In this document: one piece after another, positions 55,971 to 64,000 of the stretch
How the letters are laid out: every line of letters begins with the position of its first letter
Numbering within the stretch: position 1 is the stretch's first letter
NCBI GenBank assembly: GCA_964640635.1
Contig: CAZXFD010000001.1
Span: forward strand, 96,163-160,162
DNA: 64,000 nt
Reading direction: 5' to 3'
From: an uncultured Gammaproteobacteria bacterium
GTDB lineage: Bacteria > Patescibacteriota > Patescibacteriia > UBA1558 > S5-K13
Program-made: the position numbers and the translations under genes
Notes under the pieces: generated by a model
What the model was told of the DNA's origin: nothing
The model's database searches: none
Seen by the model: only the letters and a program-made list of their open reading frames with translations

Positions 55971-57077
55971 ATGATATTAACAATAATAGTTTTTTTTATA
56001 GTTTTGGGAGTTTTGGTCTTTGTTCATGAACTAGGCCATTTTTATAGTGCAAGAAAACTAGGAGTTGGGGTTGAAGAATTTGGTTTTGGTTTTCCTCCTA
56101 AGATTTTTGGTATCAAGAAAAATGGTGTTATGTATTCTCTCAACCTTATTCCAATAGGTGGTTTCGTAAAAATTAAGGGAGAATCTGGAGACAATGAAGA
56201 TGATTCAGATAGTTTTATAAATGCGCCAATTTGGAAAAGAATTATTATTCTTTCTGCGGGTGTATTTATGAATTTTGTATTAGCCTTTGTTTTGCTTAGT
56301 GTAGGATTTGGAATTGGTATTCCGTCATCTTTGGGCGGAGACTATGGTGATGCAAAAATAAGAGATCAAAAAATTCAAGTAATAAGTGTATATCCAGGCT
56401 CTCCTGCATATAAATCAGGTATTAAATTAGGAGATTATATAGTTTCTTTAGATGATAAAACATTCAGTACATCCGAAGAGCTTACAAACTATATAGAACT
56501 AAACCAAGAAAAAGAAATCTTAGTTAAAGTAAATAGTGTAAATGATGAAAAAACATTGACATTAAAACCAGAACAAATAGATAATTCCCTCAATAAAAAA
56601 ATTATAGGTGTTTCCTTGTCAGACACTGGTATCGTCTCATATCCTTGGTATAAGGCTCCACTTTATGGCTTTAGGGCAACTATAAATCTTACCGGTGCAA
56701 TATTTAAAGCACTCATTGATTTAATAGCTGGTCTTTTTTCTGGACATGGAGCAGAAGATGTATCTGGTCCTATTGGAGTAGCAGTATTTACTGGGCGTGC
56801 TGTTTCTATGGGTTGGCAATATATTTTACAGTTTATGGCAATATTATCTGTCAATTTGGCGATTATCAATATATTGCCATTTCCAGCTCTTGATGGTGGA
56901 AGAATAATGTTTTTGATTATAGAAAAAATTAGACGCAAAAAAAACAATCAAAAACTAGAAGCCATTATTCATAATATAGGATTTAGTTTTTTGATGCTTT
57001 TGATTGTTTTGGTAACTTTTAAAGATATTAGAACCTATGGTGGAAAGATGATAAGCGGTATAAAAAATATTTTTTAA
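55971..57077 (+). CDS. rseP: RIP metalloprotease RseP (site-2 protease, M50 family) with PDZ domain
   Basis: HELGHF (HExxH in TM1), PDZ region, C-terminal LDGG motif. Confidence 0.85.
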   Translation: MILTIIVFFIVLGVLVFVHELGHFYSARKLGVGVEEFGFGFPPKIFGIKKNGVMYSLNLIPIGGFVKIKGESGDNEDDSDSFINAPIWKRIIILSAGVFMNFVLAFVLLSVGFGIGIPSSLGGDYGDAKIRDQKIQVISVYPGSPAYKSGIKLGDYIVSLDDKTFSTSEELTNYIELNQEKEILVKVNSVNDEKTLTLKPEQIDNSLNKKIIGVSLSDTGIVSYPWYKAPLYGFRATINLTGAIFKALIDLIAGLFSGHGAEDVSGPIGVAVFTGRAVSMGWQYILQFMAILSVNLAIINILPFPALDGGRIMFLIIEKIRRKKNNQKLEAIIHNIGFSFLMLLIVLVTFKDIRTYGGKMISGIKNIF

Positions 57078-57091
57078 TGTAGATTTTATAT

Positions 57092-57394
57092 ATGAAGTTT
57101 AAAATAAAAGCAAATTTTAATGAAAATATCAATACAATTTTAAATGAATGTGGATATAGATTACATCCAAAGTATGCTGATAGTTATCTGCGAAGCATAT
57201 CAAGAGAGTTTTATCCCAGGTGGCATCTTTATATTAAAAATGAAAAAGATGTGATTGAATTTAATTTGCACATTGATCAAAAAAAGGCCTCTTATGAAGG
57301 CACAACTGCTCATAGTGGTGAATATGATGATGGAATCATAAAAGAAGAGGCAAAGAGAATAATTTCTATTTTATCAAAACACGTTGCAAAATAA
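57092..57394 (+). CDS. Hypothetical protein (100 aa)
   Basis: ORF track only. Confidence 0.3.
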   Translation: MKFKIKANFNENINTILNECGYRLHPKYADSYLRSISREFYPRWHLYIKNEKDVIEFNLHIDQKKASYEGTTAHSGEYDDGIIKEEAKRIISILSKHVAK

Positions 57395-57447
57395 TGTTTT
57401 ACAAAATTTGAAATTCTGCTAAGATATATAAAATTTATTAGATAATT

Positions 57448-58506
57448 ATGTTAAAGAACTTTTTTACAAAAATGTCAAAGGATATTGGCGTTGATCTGGG
57501 AACCTCAAACACCCTTTTTTATGTTAGTGGAAAAGGAATTATAGTGAACGAACCTTCTGTTGTGGCAATAAACACAAGAATAGATCAGATTTTATCAGTA
57601 GGTGATGATGCAAGAAGAATGTTGGGAAAAACACCTCCACATATTTTAGCCATCAAGCCACTCAGACATGGGGTTATATCAGACTTCGAGATAACAGAAA
57701 AAATGATGAAATATTTTATTGATAAGATTCATAAAGAATCTTTTTCTATGTTTTTTCGTCCTAGAATCATTATTGGTGTTCCACTGGATATTACAGAGGT
57801 AGAGAGAAAGGCAGTAGAGGATGTTGCTCTTTCAGCTGGCGCAAAAGAAGTTTATCTAATAGAACAGCCAATGGCTTCTGCAATAGGTGTAAGGCTGCCA
57901 ATACAAGAAGCCAATGGAAATATGATAGTAGAACTTGGTGGTGGAAAAACAGAAATAGCTGTTATTTCTCTTGGTGGTATTGTTGCATCCAAATCTCTCA
58001 AAATAGCAGGAGAAAAATTAGATAGTGATATTATTGATTATGTCAGAGAAAAATATAATATTTTTTTGGGAGAGAGAACGGCTGAAAATGTAAAAATAAA
58101 AATAGCTAATATATTACAAATTGAAAATAAAACACAGAAAATAAAAGTGAGGGGAAGAAATCTTTTGACAGGACTTCCAAAGGAAGTAGTTTTAAAAAGT
58201 GAAGAAGTTAGAGAAGCAATAAAAAAATCTACAGATTTAATTATCGGAGCTATAAGAGATGTTGTTGAAAATACACCACCCGAACTCGTTTCTGATTTAT
58301 ATCAAAGAGGCATGGTTCTCTCCGGTGGAGGAGCTAATATTTTAGGTTTAGATAAGATAATATATGAAACTACTCAAATTCCAGTTATAGTAGCTGACGA
58401 TTCTCTGACAACAGTTATAAGAGGAATAGGAATAGTCGTAGAAGATTTTGACAACCTTAAAGAAGTTTTGCTTCCTCCTACATTTGAAAATTCTTATAAA
58501 AAGTAA
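57448..58506 (+). CDS. mreB: Rod shape-determining protein MreB
   Basis: Actin-fold motifs DLGTSNT, ELGGGKTEIAV, LSGGGA. Followed by mreC, mreD and mrdA. Confidence 0.9.
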   Translation: MLKNFFTKMSKDIGVDLGTSNTLFYVSGKGIIVNEPSVVAINTRIDQILSVGDDARRMLGKTPPHILAIKPLRHGVISDFEITEKMMKYFIDKIHKESFSMFFRPRIIIGVPLDITEVERKAVEDVALSAGAKEVYLIEQPMASAIGVRLPIQEANGNMIVELGGGKTEIAVISLGGIVASKSLKIAGEKLDSDIIDYVREKYNIFLGERTAENVKIKIANILQIENKTQKIKVRGRNLLTGLPKEVVLKSEEVREAIKKSTDLIIGAIRDVVENTPPELVSDLYQRGMVLSGGGANILGLDKIIYETTQIPVIVADDSLTTVIRGIGIVVEDFDNLKEVLLPPTFENSYKK

Positions 58507-58519
58507 TAGTTAATTTATT

Positions 58520-59317
58520 ATGCAATCTTCAAACAAAAAAAGAATTATTTGGTTTTTTATTGTAATGATTTTATTAACAATACTTCATTTTACAAAAATT
58601 ATTTCTCCGCTGGAGAATTTTATTGTAAATATAAGTAAACCAATAAGTGGCTTTATTTATAATACAAGTAGGAATATAGATGATTATTTTTATTCAGTAT
58701 TTCACTACAATGATATAAAATCAGAAAACCAATTTCTAAAAGATGAGATATCAAAGAATCTTATTAATCTATCTTATACAAAACAGCTAGAAGGAGAAAA
58801 TGCTAATTTGAAAGAGCAATTGAATTATAGGTCTGGAACTAAGGATGTTCTTGTCACTGCAAAAATCATATCAGGTTTTTATATGGGAAGTGATAGTGTC
58901 GTTAGGATAGATAAAGGATCTAATGATGGCATAGCACTAAAAATGCCCGTTATATATGGAAAGGGTATTATAGTTGGTGTTGTCGCAAAAGTTGAGAAAG
59001 ATTCTTCAGAAATTGTTTTGTTGTCAGATAAAAATAGTGCATTTACAGTTTTTATAGAGGGAGAAGAAAAAATAAGTGGAGTAGTAAGGGGGGATTTAGA
59101 TTATGGTTTACAAATGGACTATATTCCCATTGATTCAAGTGTGAAACAGGGAGATATTGTAGTTACAAGTGGATCTAATGATGGAATACCCATGGGCCTT
59201 GTTATCGGTCAAATTAAAGAATTGATATTTAAAGAAGGGGATTTTTTCAAAAGAGCTATAATTTATTCTCCAGTTGATTATTCGATGCTTGATTTTGTAA
59301 GTATAATTAAAAACTAA
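58520..59317 (+). CDS. mreC: Rod shape-determining protein MreC
   Basis: N-terminal TM, coiled coil, C-terminal beta domains (GDIVVTSG). Position between mreB and mreD. Confidence 0.75.
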   Translation: MQSSNKKRIIWFFIVMILLTILHFTKIISPLENFIVNISKPISGFIYNTSRNIDDYFYSVFHYNDIKSENQFLKDEISKNLINLSYTKQLEGENANLKEQLNYRSGTKDVLVTAKIISGFYMGSDSVVRIDKGSNDGIALKMPVIYGKGIIVGVVAKVEKDSSEIVLLSDKNSAFTVFIEGEEKISGVVRGDLDYGLQMDYIPIDSSVKQGDIVVTSGSNDGIPMGLVIGQIKELIFKEGDFFKRAIIYSPVDYSMLDFVSIIKN

Positions 59318-59318
59318 A

Positions 59319-59828
59319 ATGAAAAATATTTTTTTGATCATAATCCCAGCTATTTTTGTAGCATTTATTCAATCTAATTTAATACACGACATAAGAGTAA
59401 ACTTTATTTTTAGCATAGCTTTATTTATTATGTTTTTTATTGACTTCGACGAGTCAATTCTTTTTTTATTTGTATCTAGTTTGTTGATGGATATCTTCTC
59501 TCTTTATTTTGGTGCTTATTTTTTTGCATTTTTCACTTCTTTCTTAATTATGTATTATATATCTAAAAATCTTTTATCAAGTGATAGATCTTCGACATAT
59601 TTTATCTTAACTTGTATAGGGATCATTTTGTTTAATTTTATTTTTTATTTCTTAGTGTCTTTATTTGCTTCGGATTCTTCACTTTTTTATACACCCAAAA
59701 TGAACTTTATTTTGAATGATTTTTTTAGAGAATTTATTATGACATTTATATTTTCAGGATTATTGTATGTATTGGCAAATTTATTTTCCAAAAAGACAAG
59801 AAATAGATTTATAATAATAGGAAATTAA
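59319..59828 (+). CDS. mreD: Rod shape-determining protein MreD
   Basis: Small polytopic membrane protein immediately after mreC. Assigned by synteny. Confidence 0.55.
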   Translation: MKNIFLIIIPAIFVAFIQSNLIHDIRVNFIFSIALFIMFFIDFDESILFLFVSSLLMDIFSLYFGAYFFAFFTSFLIMYYISKNLLSSDRSSTYFILTCIGIILFNFIFYFLVSLFASDSSLFYTPKMNFILNDFFREFIMTFIFSGLLYVLANLFSKKTRNRFIIIGN

Positions 59829-59829
59829 T

Positions 59830-61770
59830 ATGGATTTTTTTGAAGTAACAGATTTTATTCCACGACCAAGAGACGAAAGTGATTTAATGGTTAAGGATTA
59901 TAGTGCCCATAGAGAAGAGGGTAACTCTTTTAATGTGTTTGGAGATGGTAGAAATCTAGGCGTTATTATGAATAGAAAAAGATTTTTTGTTTTCATTACT
60001 GGCTTAATAATCTTGTGGGGATTGATTTTTGTTAGAGCTTTTTATTTGCAAATAATAAAAGGAGATTATTATAGGTCTCTTGCAGAAGGTAATAGAATTA
60101 GGGTAGAAAGAATAGATCCAAAAAGAGGAATGATATATGATGCCTTTATGAATCCACTTTTAAAAAATGTGGCCAATTTTTCACTTAGAATTATTCCAGC
60201 AGACCTTCCCAAAGATGCGCAAGAATTATTTGAAACCCAAGAGGCTGTAAATAGAGTTATCGTTGGTCAAAAGGTTAATCTATTGGATTATATTTCTAAA
60301 GATGCTTTAGAAAATTATCAGCCTAGAATAATTAAAGAGTCACTAGAGTATGAAGAGGCTATGAAATTTATAGCTCTATCAAAAGATCTCAAGGGTATAT
60401 CCGTTGTAACAGGAAGCAAGAGAGAATATAATTTAGTTGGTTATTTTTCTCATATGTTTGGGTATCTTGGTAAAATATCAGAAAAAGAATATAGCACACT
60501 ATCTAAAGAAGGGTATTATTTAGACGATAAGATAGGGAAAAGTGGTTTAGAATATGTTTATGAAAAAAATTTAAGAGGTCAATTTGGAAAATCTAAGATA
60601 GAAATTGATTCTCTTGGAAGAGAGAAAAAGATTTTGGCAGTAGAAAAACCAGTAGATGGAGAAAGTATAGTTTTGTCTGTAGATGGACCGCTACAATTGA
60701 AAATAACAGATCTTTTATTGAATGTTTTGAAAAAAAATAATTTGAATAAAGCTTCTATAATTGCAATTGATCCAAGAAATGGGGCTGTTTTAGCACTAGT
60801 TTCTATGCCGACATATGACAATAATATTTTCTCAGGAAATCTTAGTCAAGAACAATATTCTGCACTTGTAAATGACAAAGATCAACCTATGTTTTTTAGA
60901 GCAATATCTGGAGAATATCCACCAGGATCTACTTTTAAAATAATGATGGCAAGTGCAGGACTTGAATCAGGTATTGCAGACGAAAATACATCTTTTTTAA
61001 GCACTGGAGGAATAAATGTTGGGGCATGGTTTTTCCCAGACTGGAAATCTGGAGGTCATGGAATGACCAACGTGAAAAAGGCAATAGCAGAATCAGTTAA
61101 TACTTATTTTTATAATATAGGTGGTGGTTATAATGATTTCCATGGACTTGGTCTGGATAAAATAAATTTTTATGCAAAACAATTTGGATTTGCATCAAAA
61201 ACAAACATAGACTTACCAGGAGAGGCAGAGGGTTTTATGCCGACAGAAGAATGGAAAAAGCAACTAAATGGAGAGCCATGGTATATAGGAGATACATATC
61301 ATGTAAGTATTGGTCAGGGAGATGTTTTAGCTACTCCACTGCAGATAGCAATGATGACTTCTGTTATAGCAAATGGGGGTACTTTATATGAACCAAGAGT
61401 AGTTGATAAAACTGGAAATATAGATTCATTTATAAGAAGACCAGCGCTTATAAGAAATTCTAATTTTATTTCAGAAAAAAATATCAAATTAATTCAAGAG
61501 GGAATGAGAATGGCTGTAACAGATGGAAGTTGTCGTGGTTTATCTATGCTTCCTATTGAAGCTGCTGGTAAAACAGGCACAGCTCAATTTGCTAATAATA
61601 GTAAAACTCATGCATGGTTTACGGGATATGCCCCATATGGTGATCCGAGTATTGTTTTGACGGTTTTAATAGATGGAGGGGGCGAGGGAAGTTCTATCGC
61701 CGTGCCACTTGCCAGAGACATTCTATTATGGTATTTTAAAGATAGGTTTGGTGAACAAGTAGCTCAATAA
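59830..61770 (+). CDS. mrdA: Penicillin-binding protein 2 (elongasome transpeptidase)
   Basis: PGSTFK (SxxK), SxN, and KTGTAQ (KTG) transpeptidase motifs. N-terminal TM and PBP dimerisation domain. mreBCD context. Confidence 0.85.
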   Translation: MDFFEVTDFIPRPRDESDLMVKDYSAHREEGNSFNVFGDGRNLGVIMNRKRFFVFITGLIILWGLIFVRAFYLQIIKGDYYRSLAEGNRIRVERIDPKRGMIYDAFMNPLLKNVANFSLRIIPADLPKDAQELFETQEAVNRVIVGQKVNLLDYISKDALENYQPRIIKESLEYEEAMKFIALSKDLKGISVVTGSKREYNLVGYFSHMFGYLGKISEKEYSTLSKEGYYLDDKIGKSGLEYVYEKNLRGQFGKSKIEIDSLGREKKILAVEKPVDGESIVLSVDGPLQLKITDLLLNVLKKNNLNKASIIAIDPRNGAVLALVSMPTYDNNIFSGNLSQEQYSALVNDKDQPMFFRAISGEYPPGSTFKIMMASAGLESGIADENTSFLSTGGINVGAWFFPDWKSGGHGMTNVKKAIAESVNTYFYNIGGGYNDFHGLGLDKINFYAKQFGFASKTNIDLPGEAEGFMPTEEWKKQLNGEPWYIGDTYHVSIGQGDVLATPLQIAMMTSVIANGGTLYEPRVVDKTGNIDSFIRRPALIRNSNFISEKNIKLIQEGMRMAVTDGSCRGLSMLPIEAAGKTGTAQFANNSKTHAWFTGYAPYGDPSIVLTVLIDGGGEGSSIAVPLARDILLWYFKDRFGEQVAQ

Positions 61771-61860
61771 TGGCTTGTTTTAAACCAATATAACAATAAA
61801 AAAAGAGAGCCTTGTGCTATCTATTTTTTCATTTTAAGAACAAACAAACCAAATATAAAT

Positions 61861-62325
61861 ATGGAAAATCAAAATTATCTTACAGAAGATGGTCTTAACA
61901 AGTTGAAAGAAGAGCTTGATCTTTTGAAAAACACAAAAAGACCAGATGTAATTAAAAGAATAGAAATAGCAAGAGAATATGGAGATCTTTCTGAAAATGC
62001 TGCTTATCACGATGCTAGAGAAGAGCAAAGTTTTTTAGAGGGTAGAATTTTGGAACTAGAGGATATGATTAAAAAGGGTGTAGTCGTTGATACTGGAGAT
62101 TTCAAAAAAGATACAGTCAACATTGGTAAAAAAATAAAAATGTTGCTTGATAACAAGGAACAAGAAATTGAACTTGTAGGTGCAACTGAAAGTGATGCTT
62201 TAAACGGTTTGATTTCTTATATTTCTCCACTTGGAGAAGCTATTATGAACAAAAAAATTGGGGATGAATTCGAATTTAATACTCCAAGAGGGGCTGTAAA
62301 ATGTAAAATTTTAGAAATAAAATAA
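61861..62325 (+). CDS. greA: Transcription elongation factor GreA
   Basis: N-terminal coiled coil with acidic tip (DLSENAAYHDA), C-terminal FKBP-like domain. 154 aa. Confidence 0.9.
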   Translation: MENQNYLTEDGLNKLKEELDLLKNTKRPDVIKRIEIAREYGDLSENAAYHDAREEQSFLEGRILELEDMIKKGVVVDTGDFKKDTVNIGKKIKMLLDNKEQEIELVGATESDALNGLISYISPLGEAIMNKKIGDEFEFNTPRGAVKCKILEIK

Positions 62326-63338
62326 TGTTTAGAAAAAAAATAGGAATAGACTTGGGTACAACAACAACTCTTGTTTATGTGCCAAAAAAAGGAATTATTA
62401 TAAATGAGCCTTCTGTTGTGGCTATTTCTTTGATTGATAAAAAAGTTTTAGCCGTTGGAAACGAAGCAAAAGAAATGATTGGCCGTACTCCGGACTCTAT
62501 AGTTGCGCATCGCCCCTTGAAAGATGGTGTTATAGCAGACTATAGAACAACAGAGAGCATGCTTAGATATTTTATAAACAAGGCTTTGTCTGGTGTGAAA
62601 TTGTTTAGACCAGAGGTAATGATCTCTGTTCCCGCAGGTATTACTTCTACAGAACGTCGTGCCGTAATTAGTGCTACACTTGCCTCAGGCGCAAAAGCTG
62701 CATATATAATCAAACAACCACTTGCAGCTGCTATTGGAGCTGAAATTCCCATAGGATCTGCCTCAGGACACATGATAGTAGAACTTGGTGGAGGAACAAC
62801 GGAAATAGCTGTTATTTCCCTTGGTGGTATTGTAACAAGTAATTCAGTGAGAATTGGCGGAACAAGATTTGATATGGCTATAATGGAGCATATAAAGAAA
62901 AAATATGGTCTTGCAATAGGTGAATCAAGTTCAGAAGCAATCAAAATAAAAATAGGCTCTGCACTTTTCTTAGATGAAAAAGATAAAATGAGCACAGAAA
63001 TTAAGGGTCGTGATATAGTATCTGGATTGCCAAGAATTTTGAGAATTACTTCTGACGATATTACAGAAGCTCTTCAGAATGAGTTGTATGGTATTATATC
63101 TGCCGTAAAGTCAGTTTTATATAATACACCCCCAGAATTATCAGCAGATGTAATGGAAAAGGGTATGATCTTATCTGGTGGAACTTCTCAGCTTAGAAAT
63201 TTAGATAAATTATTCACTCAGACAACTGGAGTTCCATGTTATGTTGCAGATAAACCATATTTATGTGTTGCAAAGGGCACTGGAGTTGCGCTTGAAAATT
63301 TAGATTCATATAAGAGAAGTATACTTTCAACAAGATAA
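62325..63338 (+). CDS. MreB-like actin homologue (second paralogue)
   Basis: DLGTTTT, ELGGGTTEIAV, LSGGTS motifs. About 45-50% identical to the first mreB by eye. Confidence 0.85.
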   Translation: MFRKKIGIDLGTTTTLVYVPKKGIIINEPSVVAISLIDKKVLAVGNEAKEMIGRTPDSIVAHRPLKDGVIADYRTTESMLRYFINKALSGVKLFRPEVMISVPAGITSTERRAVISATLASGAKAAYIIKQPLAAAIGAEIPIGSASGHMIVELGGGTTEIAVISLGGIVTSNSVRIGGTRFDMAIMEHIKKKYGLAIGESSSEAIKIKIGSALFLDEKDKMSTEIKGRDIVSGLPRILRITSDDITEALQNELYGIISAVKSVLYNTPPELSADVMEKGMILSGGTSQLRNLDKLFTQTTGVPCYVADKPYLCVAKGTGVALENLDSYKRSILSTR

Positions 63339-63415
63339 AAATAGGATTTAGAATTTAGGATTTAGTCATTATGATTTAACTAAATACTAAATTCTAATAA
63401 CTAAAAGCTAGTCCA

Positions 63416-64000
63416 TGCGAATTGGAATTGATGCATCAAGATTAAACACACAAGAAAAAACAGGTACAGAGTGGTACTCATACTATTTAATTAAAAATAT
63501 TTTAGATATTGATAAACATAATCAATATTTTTTATTTTCCAAAGAAAAATTAGACGATGAATTTTTGAAACATGATAATGTAAAAAATATAGTTTTACCT
63601 TGGAAGTTGAAATATTTTTGGACAATTTTAAAACTCAGCTACTCCATGAGAAAATATGAGCTAGATATGTTTTTTGCTCCAGCACATTATGTGCCATTTT
63701 GCAGATGTAAAAAAATAGTGACATGGCATGATTTGGGATATGAATATTACAAGGAATATTATTCTAGAAAACAGCTTATTTCACTTCAATTTGGGGCAAA
63801 TGCTTTAAAAAAAGTAGATGCTATAATAACGCCGTCATTTTTTACAAAAAAAGATATAGTCAGTAAATATGATATAGATGATAAAAAAATATTTGTAACA
63901 CATTTAGGTATAGATTTTAATAAATATCAAAAAGAATATTTTGAAGAATTTTATAAGTTGATGTTAGAAAGGTATAGTTTAAATAATAATTATTTTTTAT
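63416..64000 (+). CDS. Glycosyltransferase family 4 (N-terminal part; runs off the window)
   Basis: MRIGIDASRLNTQEKTGTEWY is typical of the GT4 N-terminal (Glyco_trans_4) domain. No stop codon within the window. Confidence 0.55.

Noticed and set aside
1-64000. CRISPR arrays, rRNA genes, tRNA genes
   Set aside because: No regularly spaced direct repeats of 25-40 bp and no rRNA universal blocks. The intergenic regions I checked lack tRNA cloverleaf signatures. None called.

Overview
Low-GC (~28-30%) bacterial chromosomal segment. Gene content (many small or DUF-type membrane and secreted proteins, delta-60 and beta-propeller surface proteins, a compact core set) fits a Candidate Phyla Radiation / Patescibacteria-like genome; that placement is inference only. 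The core is mostly +-strand housekeeping genes: cysS, typA/bipA, a DEAD-box helicase, secE-nusG-rplK-rplA, prmC-prfA, rpmE, rpsB-tsf-pyrH, recJ, rnhA, holB, frr, rseP, mreBCD-mrdA, greA and a second mreB. Accessory content: (1) a YcaO-centred operon at the 5' edge (small Cys-terminated ORF, then a YcaO with a C-terminal PxPxP tail, then a protein with a C39-like peptidase domain), which looks like an unrecognised RiPP-type azoline pathway; (2) a ~1.37 kb GC-rich, ORF-free, hairpin-dense segment between rnhA and holB that is best explained as a large structured non-coding RNA of unknown class; (3) a 615-bp higher-GC cassette inserted 9 codons before the rplA stop, flanked by a 30-bp duplication of the rplA 3' end; (4) a frameshifted COG1943 RAYT / IS200-like HuH transposase carrying a perfect 31-nt palindrome in its coding sequence, plus REP-like CGTAG palindromic elements elsewhere; (5) a compact thymidylate module (dCMP deaminase, two paralogous P-loop kinases, dut, a double-length ThyX-like protein, a tmk-like kinase); (6) membrane modules (TspO-DUF2177-DUF1295; MgtC-TspO-P-type ATPase) and a split SGNH + acyltransferase-3 pair. 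No rRNA, tRNA or CRISPR array was found. Several ORF-track starts are probably too far upstream and are adjusted in the feature list.
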